Notes: generated by a model from the letters alone, not told the origin. 64,000 bases of DNA from Patescibacteria group bacterium (GCA_016861205.1 BOKX01000001.1:1076589-1140588), one strand, 5' to 3'; positions 38,437 through 49,919 are shown, counted from the stretch's first letter. Translations and numbers: made by a program.

Positions 38437-38934
38437 TTAGGCCGCGTGTTTAGCGAAAGCTTCCTCTAGTTCCTTGACAGCTTCAGCCTTGCCAACGAAC
38501 TTATTGATCTTGACCCATTTGCCTGGCTCGAGATCTTTGTAATGTTCAAAAAAGTGCTTTAAACGATCCAGACGCCACTGAGGCACGTCACTTAAATCTT
38601 GCCAACCACCACACTGGATGTCTTGCTTGGTTTTTTCTGGAACACATAAGAGCTTGTGATCAATGCCCTCTTCGTCTTCCATTTCTAACATGCCGATGAC
38701 GCGAGCTTTGATCCAGGTACCTGGGGCCATTGGCTGGCTGGTCAGAACTAATGCGTCGAGTAAGTCACCATCTTTACCCTGCGCACCCTCAATAGAACCG
38801 TAGTTCTCGGGGTAAAACATGGGAGTTGGGACGAACCGATCGACGTAAATTCGACCATTTGACTCATCTTGTTCGTACTTAATGTTTGAGCCGGCTGGGA
38901 TTTCAACCAGTATATGTAATGTTTGGTCTGACAT
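38437..38934 (-). CDS. ppa: inorganic pyrophosphatase (family I)
   Basis: The acidic metal-binding core DGDLLDALVL and the overall 165-aa length match family I pyrophosphatases. Confidence 0.85.
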   Translation of the reverse strand: MSDQTLHILVEIPAGSNIKYEQDESNGRIYVDRFVPTPMFYPENYGSIEGAQGKDGDLLDALVLTSQPMAPGTWIKARVIGMLEMEDEEGIDHKLLCVPEKTKQDIQCGGWQDLSDVPQWRLDRLKHFFEHYKDLEPGKWVKINKFVGKAEAVKELEEAFAKHAA

Positions 38935-38973
38935 ACTGCTCCTTTTTACTTGCTTTAACTAATTCTCCTGTTG

Positions 38974-41150
<2,177 letters not shown>

Positions 41151-41174
41151 AGCTGTCAAGTCGTCATGTAGGAA

Positions 41175-41951
41175 TCATGTACTCGTGGTTTGACTGAGTT
41201 GGAAGAAGGCCTGCTCGAGAACCAGCTTGACGTTGCCATTTGCCACTAAGTTTTGGTAGGCCTGCAAGAGCACTTGCTGGTGTTGGGTGGTCAGGCGAGT
41301 TGGTGGCAAGCCATGAACATATGTCACCAAAGTGTGGAGCGCGGTAACGGCTGTTTCCCGATCTGGGTACTGGCCAGCTAACTCAATGCTCTGCCAAGCT
41401 GGTGCGGTACGCAGTGTTTGATAGAGATCAGCCGGTGGCAGTTGGTCTGTTTTACTCTCTTTTTCAGGTGACATGATGGTGGTTTGAGACCAAGTGATCA
41501 GACGACAGCGACTGTGAATGGTTGGTAGCACCAAAGTGGGGTTGGCAGTGGTCAAAAGGAGTAGCGTTCGGACGGGTGGTTCCTCGAGCAACTTGAGTAA
41601 TGCGTTTTGGGCTGGAATTGAAGCCTGATCGAGCTTAGCCAAACCAATGACTCTGACTTGGCCAGGGTCGACACTGTAGCTAGTACTCATCAACAGTTCT
41701 CGAACTTGATCGATGCTAGGTGGAGTTTCACCGTTGTTGAGCCACTCGACTGCCTGGGTGGTTGGCAAATCAAACTGCTCTGTTAGCCAGGAGTGCAGTA
41801 AGTCAACATCTGGTAGGTTACTCGTAACCAGTAGTTGAGGTAAGAAAGTGGCGGATGACAGGACTCGAGTCATACCAGTATTATAGATGGTAGTTATGAC
41901 GGACACTGCCCCGGAAACTGTGGTGCCTAGCTCCACCCCTGATCCGGTCAC
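41175..41951 (-). CDS. holB: DNA polymerase III delta-prime-like subunit
   Basis: The motif ALLKLLEEPP ... TLLLLTTANPTLVLPTIHSRCRLI matches the delta/delta-prime clamp-loader signature. The N-terminus is divergent and the start is uncertain. Confidence 0.6.
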   Translation of the reverse strand: MTGSGVELGTTVSGAVSVITTIYNTGMTRVLSSATFLPQLLVTSNLPDVDLLHSWLTEQFDLPTTQAVEWLNNGETPPSIDQVRELLMSTSYSVDPGQVRVIGLAKLDQASIPAQNALLKLLEEPPVRTLLLLTTANPTLVLPTIHSRCRLITWSQTTIMSPEKESKTDQLPPADLYQTLRTAPAWQSIELAGQYPDRETAVTALHTLVTYVHGLPPTRLTTQHQQVLLQAYQNLVANGNVKLVLEQAFFQLSQTTST

Positions 41952-43902
41952 TACTGCCAGCCCCTCCTCTGCCTCACCTGTTCAGACAGCTGGCGTACCT
42001 GTTCCAACATTGGAGCCAATCAAGATCGAGCCGACGGTGCCGACTCCTGTTCCGGCTGAGCCAGTAGCGTCACCAGTCCCGCCGATTTCTGCCCCGCCCA
42101 TTACTCCCGCCGCGCCGCTGACGAATCCACTTTTAGCCAGCCAACCAGCGGCTGCAACAACGCCAGACCAACCCCCACAGAGTGTCGGCGAAATTTTGTT
42201 AGCCAAAGGTTTGCTGACGAAAGAACAGTACAACCAGCTCGAGTTGGAAAACATAAACGGTGGCTCTTCCCTCGAGGCGCTCATTGAAGAGAAAAAGCTG
42301 GTTCCAGAAGAAGCCCTGACAGAGGCTCGCTCCGCGCTCAACAACATCCCCTATATTAAGTTAGAAGAAGTTGGTGTTTCCCCTGAGGCGTTGACCCAGT
42401 TGCCCGAAGGTGTCGCTCGACGCTACTTCATGTTGCCATTTGCGCTGAATAAGCAGGATCACACGTTGTCAGTGGCCATGCGTGATCCGATGGATATTTT
42501 GGCTATCGATTTTGCCGAGCAAAAAAGTGGCTATCACCTGATCCCCTACTACGCCACGCCATCCGAGCTTGAGCGCATGATTGCCGAGCGCTACGCACAA
42601 AGTCTATCGACAGAGGTGACGCAAGCATTGGAAGAGACAAAACAAGTTGCCGATGACAAACGTCAGCTACAAGACTTGTCGGTGCTGTCTGGTGAAGTGG
42701 TCAAACAAGCCCCAATTACGAAAATTGTGGAGACAGTTTTGGCATTTGCCATGAAAGCCCGAGCCTCAGATATTCATATCGAGCCACAGCCCTCCAAAAC
42801 CCGTGTTCGATATCGGATCGATGGTATTTTGGTTGAAAAATTAATTTTGCCAAAGTCTGTTCACGAAGCGGTGGTTTCCAGAATCAAGATTCTATCTGAC
42901 CTGAAAATCGACGAGAAACGGGTGCCTCAGGATGGTCGGTTCACGTTTATGTCGTCAGGCGAAGAAGTTGACTTGCGTGTTTCGACGCTGCCGACTATTC
43001 ATGGTGAAAAAGTGGTGATGCGGTTGTTGAAGAAAAACTCGACAGTTCCCAGTTTGAACGAACTAGGGCTGCGTGACTTAGCACTGCGCAAGGTTGAAGA
43101 TTCAATCAAAGTACCCCATGGCATCGTACTGGTAACCGGTCCAACTGGCTCCGGTAAAACTACTACGCTCTACTCGGTGCTGCACAAAATTAACACACCC
43201 AAAGTCAACATTGTGACTTTGGAGGATCCAGTTGAGTACCAAATGGCTGGTATCAACCAAGTTCAGATCAACCCGCAGGCTGGTTTGACGTTTGCATCGG
43301 GTCTCCGTTCATTCTTGCGGCAAGATCCCAACATTATCATGGTGGGAGAAATCCGGGATGGCGAAACAGTTGAGCTAGCTATCCAGGCGTCGTTAACTGG
43401 TCACTTGGTCTTCTCTACTCTGCACACTTCCTCGGCTGCAGGTGCTATTCCTCGTATGATTGATATGGGAGCGGAACCTTTCCTGCTGGCGTCATCTATG
43501 ACCCTAACCATGGCACAGCGGGTGGTGCGCAAGATTAATGAAGCTTACATTGAGCAATACACTCCCGAGCCACCGGTGGTTCAGGACGTTAAAAACGTCT
43601 TGGGTGATCGCTATTCAGCCTGGTGCAAACAGAACAACAAGGATCCCAACCAAATGATTCTGTACCGAGCAAAAGCGGATCGGCCGCAAACAGAACCTGA
43701 GTACAAGGGCCGAGTAGCTATTTTTGAAGTCATGCCGATTACGGAAGAAATTAGCAAGCTCATCCTTGAGCGAAAAAGTGCGGCTGACCTTGAAAAGGTA
43801 GCCATCCGAGATGGTATGCTGTTAATGAAGCAGGATGGTTATTTGAAAGCGTTAGACGGTATTACCACTATTGAGGAAGTACTGCGTGTGGCGCAGGTGT
43901 AA
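41887..43902 (+). CDS. pilB: type IV pilus assembly ATPase PilB (GspE family) with Pro/Ala-rich N-terminal extension
   Basis: It has Walker A GPTGSGKTTT, Asp/His boxes, a GspE N-terminal domain and a tetra-Cys region. The first roughly 110 aa are Pro-rich low complexity. Confidence 0.85.
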   Translation: MVVMTDTAPETVVPSSTPDPVTTASPSSASPVQTAGVPVPTLEPIKIEPTVPTPVPAEPVASPVPPISAPPITPAAPLTNPLLASQPAAATTPDQPPQSVGEILLAKGLLTKEQYNQLELENINGGSSLEALIEEKKLVPEEALTEARSALNNIPYIKLEEVGVSPEALTQLPEGVARRYFMLPFALNKQDHTLSVAMRDPMDILAIDFAEQKSGYHLIPYYATPSELERMIAERYAQSLSTEVTQALEETKQVADDKRQLQDLSVLSGEVVKQAPITKIVETVLAFAMKARASDIHIEPQPSKTRVRYRIDGILVEKLILPKSVHEAVVSRIKILSDLKIDEKRVPQDGRFTFMSSGEEVDLRVSTLPTIHGEKVVMRLLKKNSTVPSLNELGLRDLALRKVEDSIKVPHGIVLVTGPTGSGKTTTLYSVLHKINTPKVNIVTLEDPVEYQMAGINQVQINPQAGLTFASGLRSFLRQDPNIIMVGEIRDGETVELAIQASLTGHLVFSTLHTSSAAGAIPRMIDMGAEPFLLASSMTLTMAQRVVRKINEAYIEQYTPEPPVVQDVKNVLGDRYSAWCKQNNKDPNQMILYRAKADRPQTEPEYKGRVAIFEVMPITEEISKLILERKSAADLEKVAIRDGMLLMKQDGYLKALDGITTIEEVLRVAQV

Positions 43903-43955
43903 GTACAGTTTTGTAGTAAGCGAATTGGAAGTTAGGAGACTAGAACAATTAAGGA

Positions 43956-44013
43956 GTTTTAAACTTGTCTTTTGCCTGATTTCTCTCTGGAAGGTAAAAG
44001 ACAAGTTTAAAAC
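43956..44013 (+). promoter_or_regulatory. long perfect hairpin in pilT leader (18-bp stem GTTTTAAACTTGTCTTTT / AAAAGACAAGTTTAAAAC, 22-nt loop)
   Basis: The arms are exact reverse complements. AAGGAG sits immediately 5' of the stem. The loop contains tttctctctggaagg, and the ATG follows 8 nt after the stem. Confidence 0.4.
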
Positions 44014-44021
44014 GAACTTTT

Positions 44022-45080
44022 ATGAACATTCACGACATTCTCCAACTAGCGGTTGATAAAGATGCTTCAGATATTCACTTGATCACTAAAATTCCGATCA
44101 TGCTGCGGGTTCACGGCCAACTGTCACCCGTGGAGGGATCGCCTCCCCAGCTGACTCCGGAACAAGCTGAGGCGCTGATTTTTCCGCTCATGACCCAGGA
44201 GCAAAAAGACTATGTTTTGGTAAACAAGGAAATTGACTTTGGGTACCAGTACAAAGATCTCGGTCGGTTCCGTATCAATGTGTACCACCAACAAGGTGCC
44301 ATGGCAGCCGCTTTGCGGTTGATTCCGTCGCGGGTCAAGAGCATCGAAGAACTGCAGTTACCGCAAGTTTTTTACCAGTTTACTGAGTACAAACAGGGCT
44401 TAGTGTTAGTGACCGGTCCGACTGGTGAAGGTAAGTCAACAACCTTAGCTGCGCTGATTGAACATATTAACGCCAACCGAAGTGAACACATCCTGACAAT
44501 TGAAGACCCTATCGAGTTTGTCTACACCCCACGCAACAGTATCGTGTCTCAACGGGAGATCAATCATGACACCAACGGCTGGGAAGTTGCGTTGCGGTCT
44601 GCTTTGCGCGAGGACCCTGACGTAGTACTCGTTGGTGAGTTACGCGACTACGAAACGATCGCATCGGCCATGACGATTGCTGAAACCGGACACTTAGTGT
44701 TTGCCACACTTCATACTTCGACGGCGGCCCAAACAATCGATCGTATCATCGATGTGTTCCCTGCCCATCAACAGGGCCAGGTTCGGCAACAGTTGGCCTC
44801 GTCTTTACAGGCAGTAGTGTCGCAGCGCTTGATCCCTAAAGTGGATGGCGGCCGAGTTCCGGCATTCGAGATCATGTTGGCAACGCCAGCTATTCGCAAC
44901 CTGATCCGTGAACAGAAGACCTTCCAAATCGACAACGTCATTCAGACCTCAGCTGAGCAAGGTATGTCACTGATTGAAACCTACTTGTGGAACCTCGTGC
45001 AACGAGGCGCAGTTAACCACGATAAAGCCCGTGAACATGCGTTTCGCCCTGATGAGTTTGATCGCCTAGGAGGTAGATAA
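44022..45080 (+). CDS. pilT: twitching motility ATPase PilT
   Basis: It has Walker A GPTGEGKSTT, the PilT signature region AIRNLIRE, and is 352 aa. Confidence 0.85.
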   Translation: MNIHDILQLAVDKDASDIHLITKIPIMLRVHGQLSPVEGSPPQLTPEQAEALIFPLMTQEQKDYVLVNKEIDFGYQYKDLGRFRINVYHQQGAMAAALRLIPSRVKSIEELQLPQVFYQFTEYKQGLVLVTGPTGEGKSTTLAALIEHINANRSEHILTIEDPIEFVYTPRNSIVSQREINHDTNGWEVALRSALREDPDVVLVGELRDYETIASAMTIAETGHLVFATLHTSTAAQTIDRIIDVFPAHQQGQVRQQLASSLQAVVSQRLIPKVDGGRVPAFEIMLATPAIRNLIREQKTFQIDNVIQTSAEQGMSLIETYLWNLVQRGAVNHDKAREHAFRPDEFDRLGGR

Positions 45081-46282
45081 TGGCATTGTTTGCTTACTCT
45101 GCCAAGAACGATCACGGTGAGCCGGTAAAGGGCAAGGTTGAAGCCCAAACCAAACAACAAGCGGTGGCGGCCTTGCGTGGCCGAAACTTGCTGGTGATTA
45201 GTATTCGCCCAGTTAGTGAAGAGTCATTCGCCATTCTCAAAACCCTGATGTTTGGGATTAAGGCAGATGATGTGGTGAACTTAACTCGTCAACTTTCAAC
45301 CATGATTACCGCTGGTCTGCCGTTGACGCAGGCCTTGGCCATCTTGGAACAACAGGGCAAGCCAGCCTTGATTAAGGTTGTTGGTCAAGTGAAAGCAGAC
45401 ATTGAAGGTGGCAGTACGTTTGCGGCAGCTCTGGCCAAGCATCCCAAGGTTTTTTCTCGCGTCTATATACAGTTAGTGCGGGCTGGCGAAACCGGTGGTG
45501 TCCTCGATGAGGTGTTGCTTCGGTTAGCAGACAACATGGAAAAGGACAAAGAGTTTCGTGCCAAGACTAAAGGTGCGTTGATCTATCCAGTGATTGTGGT
45601 GATTGCGATGATCATCGTCGCCATGGTCATGATGATTTTTGTAATTCCCAAACTGACCGAAATGTACAAGGATTTCGGGGCAGATTTGCCATTGGCTACC
45701 CAACTCCTAATTGACACCTCAACCCTCGTTTCCCGTTTTTGGTGGTTGCTGGGCGTTTTCGGTGCAGTTGGAGTGATGTTTTTCCGCAGCTGGGGTAAAA
45801 CGCACGCCGGCCAAGTTGCCATCGACAGTTTTTTGCTGAGAATGCCGGTCTTTGGTGTTCTGCGTCAAAAAGCCATGCTCACTGAGTTGACACGGACATT
45901 AGCTTTGTTGCTTGGGGCGGGTATCTCACTGCTGCAGGCTTTAGAAATTGTGTCAGATTCGGCAAATAATATCCTGTACCGTGAAGCTTTGGCCGATATT
46001 GCCAAACAAGTTGAGAAAGGTATTTCTCTCGCTCAGGCGGTCGGGGTGCATGCCATTTTCCCCCCACTCCTCTATCAAATGGTGGCGGTGGGTGAAGAGA
46101 CCGGTAAACTCGACGATGTATTGATGAAGTTATCAGCGTACTTTCAGTCGGAAAGTGAACACGCGATTAAAAATCTGACAACAGCCTTAGAGCCAATTAT
46201 CATGATTGTGCTGGGGTTGGGTGTGGGTTTGATGGTCATTGCGATCATCATGCCAATTTACAATCTCACCAGTCAGTTCTAG
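45080..46282 (+). CDS. pilC: type IV pilus platform protein PilC (GspF family)
   Basis: Two GspF repeats with conserved membrane helices. The protein is 400 aa. Confidence 0.85.
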   Translation: MALFAYSAKNDHGEPVKGKVEAQTKQQAVAALRGRNLLVISIRPVSEESFAILKTLMFGIKADDVVNLTRQLSTMITAGLPLTQALAILEQQGKPALIKVVGQVKADIEGGSTFAAALAKHPKVFSRVYIQLVRAGETGGVLDEVLLRLADNMEKDKEFRAKTKGALIYPVIVVIAMIIVAMVMMIFVIPKLTEMYKDFGADLPLATQLLIDTSTLVSRFWWLLGVFGAVGVMFFRSWGKTHAGQVAIDSFLLRMPVFGVLRQKAMLTELTRTLALLLGAGISLLQALEIVSDSANNILYREALADIAKQVEKGISLAQAVGVHAIFPPLLYQMVAVGEETGKLDDVLMKLSAYFQSESEHAIKNLTTALEPIIMIVLGLGVGLMVIAIIMPIYNLTSQF

Positions 46283-46327
46283 CTCTGTTACTGTTAACGT
46301 GAATCTAGTTGCTCTGGAATATTGATT

Positions 46328-46384
46328 GTTTTCAGGATAAGTTAGAGAGCGCCTTTTTAGCGCTCGAGAACTTATCCTGAAAAC
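46328..46384 (+). promoter_or_regulatory. long perfect hairpin upstream of pilin gene (16-bp stem GTTTTCAGGATAAGTT / AACTTATCCTGAAAAC, 25-nt loop with internal GAGCGC/GCGCTC hairpin)
   Basis: The arms are exact reverse complements and lie 43 nt upstream of the pilin ATG. Confidence 0.4.
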
Positions 46385-46426
46385 AACCCTTGCAATCAAC
46401 TTAAAAAATGGTGTACCCTGGAGAAT

Positions 46427-47035
46427 ATGAAACGAATTGCTTCCTACGCTCAGCGGTACCTCAATCAATGTTTGTCAGTCGCTTCCCAAGCAGCTGGTTT
46501 TACCATGATCGAGTTGCTGGTGGTTATCTCGGTAATTGGTGTTTTGGCGGTGGCTGTGCTCTCCTCCATCAACCCTATCGAGCAGATTAACAAAGGTCGA
46601 GACACTCGAACCCGTTCAGACGCAGCACAATTGATCAACGCTGTCGACCGCTACTACGCTATTCACGAAGTGTATCCTTGGAACACTGACAATGGTGCTT
46701 ACACCGCTGCTTCAGCTTTGCCAGAAGATGCCTTTGAAGAGGCTGGTGGCCAAGCTGGTTGGGGCTGGGTCCAGATCTTGGAAGACACCGCTGAAGTCAA
46801 GCAAGGTTTTGTGAACCGCGTGATTGCTGATGACGAGATCCGTATCTTCAAGGCGCAAGGTGCCAACGAAACCATGTACGCTTGTTTCGAGCCGACCTCA
46901 CAAGCTTTCCAACAAGAGGCCGTCACCAACTGTACCAACGGGACAACTCCCGCTGATGGCAGTGCCAACGTTGACCCATGTCCGCCAACTCCGACGCTCA
47001 ATGTTGACCCGCCAGAGCTAATCTGTCTCCCGTAA
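46427..47035 (+). CDS. type IV pilin (major pilin candidate) with long leader peptide
   Basis: The prepilin cleavage/methylation motif G|FTMIELLVVISVIGVLAV follows a 24-aa leader. GGAGA lies 5 nt before the ATG. Confidence 0.75.
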   Translation: MKRIASYAQRYLNQCLSVASQAAGFTMIELLVVISVIGVLAVAVLSSINPIEQINKGRDTRTRSDAAQLINAVDRYYAIHEVYPWNTDNGAYTAASALPEDAFEEAGGQAGWGWVQILEDTAEVKQGFVNRVIADDEIRIFKAQGANETMYACFEPTSQAFQQEAVTNCTNGTTPADGSANVDPCPPTPTLNVDPPELICLP

Positions 47036-47118
47036 TCGAGACACTCACCAAGAAACTGAAACCCCCTCGCCTAGGCGAGGGGGTTTGCGTTTCGGAGGAA
47101 AAGTTTTTATACTCAGGC

Positions 47119-47925
47119 ATGACCTTTTTATTGGTGTCTGGTTTGTTGTTTTTGATTGGAGCTATCTTTGGTAGTTTTTTAAATGTGATTATTTACCGGA
47201 CAGTCAACGATGAGTCTTGGGTTTGGGGCCGGTCAAAGTGTGAAAACTGTCTCAAGCAAATTGCTTGGTATGACAACATTCCGGTGATTTCTTTTTTGAT
47301 TCTAAGAGCTCGCTGTCGGTGGTGCCGAAAACCTATTTCTTTCACGCACCCGGTTTTGGAGTTTTTAACCGGTGCTTTGTTCGTCTGGTGGTACTGGGCG
47401 GGCTCGTTCTTTTTTCAGCTGACGCAACGGCCCTTTCAGACACTGCAACCACTCTTTTGGTTAACAGTGGGAGTCATCTTGCTGGCGATCTTTTTTGCCG
47501 ATCTGCTGTATTATCAGATTCCCGACATTTTGAGTGGTAGTCTGCTGATTATTACGATTGCATATCGGGTGGCATTAACTCTTTTTGGAGTGATGCAGCT
47601 GAGAGACTTGGGATTTGCAGTAATGGCGGTGGTTTTAGGCGTACTGTTTTTTGGAAGTCTTTTCCTCATTACGAAAGGTAAGGGAATGGGGTTGGGAGAC
47701 GTTAAAATTGCTGCTCCCCTAGCGCTGCTGGTGGGATGGCCTGGTTTTCTGGTGACAGTGTTTGGAGCTTTCGTGATGGGCGCGGTGGTGGCGCTGAGCT
47801 TAGTTGTGGCCAAACGACGCAAGTTTGGGCAGGTAGTACCGTTTGGGCCTTTTTTGATCGTAGGCACGTTTGTGGCTTTGCTCTGGGGTGATCAACTGGT
47901 GGCCTGGTACCTTACTTTAATTTAA
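47119..47925 (+). CDS. pilD: prepilin peptidase (A24 family)
   Basis: It has an N-terminal tetra-Cys zinc motif (CENC...CRWC) and a polytopic peptidase A24 domain with the conserved Asp residues. Confidence 0.8.
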   Translation: MTFLLVSGLLFLIGAIFGSFLNVIIYRTVNDESWVWGRSKCENCLKQIAWYDNIPVISFLILRARCRWCRKPISFTHPVLEFLTGALFVWWYWAGSFFFQLTQRPFQTLQPLFWLTVGVILLAIFFADLLYYQIPDILSGSLLIITIAYRVALTLFGVMQLRDLGFAVMAVVLGVLFFGSLFLITKGKGMGLGDVKIAAPLALLVGWPGFLVTVFGAFVMGAVVALSLVVAKRRKFGQVVPFGPFLIVGTFVALLWGDQLVAWYLTLI

Positions 47926-47928
47926 ATT

Positions 47929-48041
47929 CCTGAAACCTTCCAACCTCTGATTGGCGACAGCGAAGACTGTGAAGTAGCACTATTTAGTGGAGGCAAACTG
48001 CAGAGTTTGGTGGTGGTGCCAAACGTTTAGAAGGTTTCAGG
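47929..48041 (+). promoter_or_regulatory. long-range inverted repeat CCTGAAACCTTC ... GAAGGTTTCAGG (12 bp) enclosing an 89-nt structured loop
   Basis: Read directly from the sequence. The interior contains further small palindromes (CAAACTGCAGAGTTTG). It lies between pilD and the PKD-domain gene. Confidence 0.35.
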
Positions 48042-48069
48042 AGTTAAGATTTGTTCTATACTGAGTGGT

Positions 48070-48981
48070 ATGCGAGTACTGCGCACTTTTTTGAGTTCAT
48101 TGATTTTACTGGGATTGGCAGCTGGCATCGTTGGCTTAATTGCTCGTGAAGTACTGCTGGTTATGGCAGTTGGGGTGGTGCGAGAGGCAGTTTCAGAAAT
48201 TCGAAATCAGTCTGTCCAACAAGGTAATTTTGTTCAGGAGTGCCTGAGCCGAGGCGGTGGGAGTGATGGTGAATCTCCCGTCAGTGCTATTCAACTCCGC
48301 TTCACTTCGGATACCGAGTTTGTAACTGAGGTCGTCTGTTCCCAGACGCAGTTTGAATCACTCATTACCAGCACCCGCGAGCTGCCGTGGATGGTCCGAA
48401 AAGTGCCAGGTACATCAGGTATTATTTGGAGTGATGCACGGTCTGGTATTGAGCTGGAAGTGTTTGGTCGTCACCGAGCTGTCATTATTGAGAATCGGAC
48501 GGTTGAGTATAGTTCGGACGAGAATGTTGACCTGGGTATCGGTCCGGTTACGACTTGCGAGGGCTACGGGTTTACTTGTTGTGCACTCGATAGCCAGGTG
48601 GGATTGGATAGTCAGTGGAATCAAGCTACAAACTGTCCCCGCTCGTGTTACAGCCGCTGTGTATCAAGACCGGTGGTTTTGTCGGTGGCAACGGACCCAT
48701 ACTATGAACTGGAAACTCGACGTGTAGCTATCAGCTCAGGTCAGTCGGTGGTGTTCACGGTTTTAGTGGAGGTTGGGCAAGCTAGCCCCGCGCAAGTTCA
48801 CCTCGACTTTGGTGATGGGCAAAGTGAAACAGGTAACGAGAACACGGAAACATACACACACACCTACACTTGTTCGCAGCCGAGTTGTGAGTACCGAGCT
48901 AAGGTTTTGATTACTGACTCAAAAGGCATCACTTCAACCGAGACGCTATCGAGTTCCTTAACCGTAGTGGTCACACCGTAA
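48070..48981 (+). CDS. membrane-anchored secreted protein with PKD-like domain
   Basis: An N-terminal TM anchor is followed by a C-terminal PKD-like signature VHLDFGDGQSE...YTHTY...YRAKVLITDSKG. Confidence 0.5.
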   Translation: MRVLRTFLSSLILLGLAAGIVGLIAREVLLVMAVGVVREAVSEIRNQSVQQGNFVQECLSRGGGSDGESPVSAIQLRFTSDTEFVTEVVCSQTQFESLITSTRELPWMVRKVPGTSGIIWSDARSGIELEVFGRHRAVIIENRTVEYSSDENVDLGIGPVTTCEGYGFTCCALDSQVGLDSQWNQATNCPRSCYSRCVSRPVVLSVATDPYYELETRRVAISSGQSVVFTVLVEVGQASPAQVHLDFGDGQSETGNENTETYTHTYTCSQPSCEYRAKVLITDSKGITSTETLSSSLTVVVTP

Positions 48982-49002
48982 AAAATGCGTTATGCTGAGG
49001 AT

Positions 49003-49476
49003 ATGAAGAGTCTTTTCTCCCGCTTGTCGGTCTGGTCTCCCCAACCAAAAATTGCCTCGCGACGTGGATTTACGTTGCTGGAGTTGTTGGTCGTGATTGC
49101 CATTTTGGGTATCTTAATGGCCATGGGAGCAGTCGCCTTCTCTACTGCGCAACGGCAAGGTCGAGATGCCAAGCGACGCGCTGATATGAAAGCGCTGCAG
49201 GGTGCATTCGAGCAGTATTACGCCGAAAATAACTCCAGTTACGGTGCGAACTGTGCAGCTATGGCGGTGAGTCCCTACATTCCTAGTGGTATGCCGGTTG
49301 ATCCACAGTCACCCAACTTAGATTACACTTGTACGTTAAATGTGAACTTAACCAGTTACTGTTCGTGTGCTGAGTTAGAAAATGCTGGGACAGGTAATGC
49401 CAACTCAGCTGGGGCGGCTGGCGTCTGTAGTTTTGCGACTGGTGGCAACTTTTACTGCGTCACTAATTTACAGTAA
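49003..49476 (+). CDS. type IV pilin-like protein (minor pilin)
   Basis: RRG|FTLLELLVVIAILGIL prepilin motif after a roughly 22-aa leader. The start was trimmed to MKSLF. Confidence 0.6.
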   Translation: MKSLFSRLSVWSPQPKIASRRGFTLLELLVVIAILGILMAMGAVAFSTAQRQGRDAKRRADMKALQGAFEQYYAENNSSYGANCAAMAVSPYIPSGMPVDPQSPNLDYTCTLNVNLTSYCSCAELENAGTGNANSAGAAGVCSFATGGNFYCVTNLQ

Positions 49477-49504
49477 GACTAGCTTAAGGGCGGAGGCCCT
49501 GTGT

Positions 49505-49912
49505 ATGTCACACTTTTTTACCCGAACTACCCGTCCAACTTACCAACGTGGTTTTACCATGATCGAGTTGCTGGTGGTGACAACCATTATCATTGTGTTA
49601 TCAACGATTGGCTTAGTCAGTTATCGCCAAGCTACCATGCGGACACGCAACAGCAAGCGACAAGGTGACATGGAGACAGTGCGCCAAGCTTTGGTTTTGT
49701 ATCGGACTGACAACTCAACCTATCCAGCGTCCATCAACTGGAACACCATGAGTCCCATCGAGTCTTACTTGAGTGTGACATCGATGACTGATCCCAAAAA
49801 CACCAACCCATACACCTATACCTACACCCAAACGAATAGTGGGACTGGTTTTACGTTGTGCTACTACTTGGAGCCTGATCCAGGCTCACAGCGGTGTTTA
49901 GCGAATCCGTAG
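49505..49912 (+). CDS. type IV pilin-like protein (minor pilin)
   Basis: QRG|FTMIELLVVTTIIIVL prepilin motif after a 16-aa leader. The start was trimmed to MSHFF. Confidence 0.6.
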   Translation: MSHFFTRTTRPTYQRGFTMIELLVVTTIIIVLSTIGLVSYRQATMRTRNSKRQGDMETVRQALVLYRTDNSTYPASINWNTMSPIESYLSVTSMTDPKNTNPYTYTYTQTNSGTGFTLCYYLEPDPGSQRCLANP

Positions 49913-49919
49913 GTTTGTT

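Noticed and set aside
41982-42347. 121-aa minus-strand ORF inside the pilB 5' region
   Set aside because: It is antisense to the Pro/Ala-rich coding segment of pilB. It is Gly/Ala/Ser-rich, a mirror artefact of the repetitive composition.
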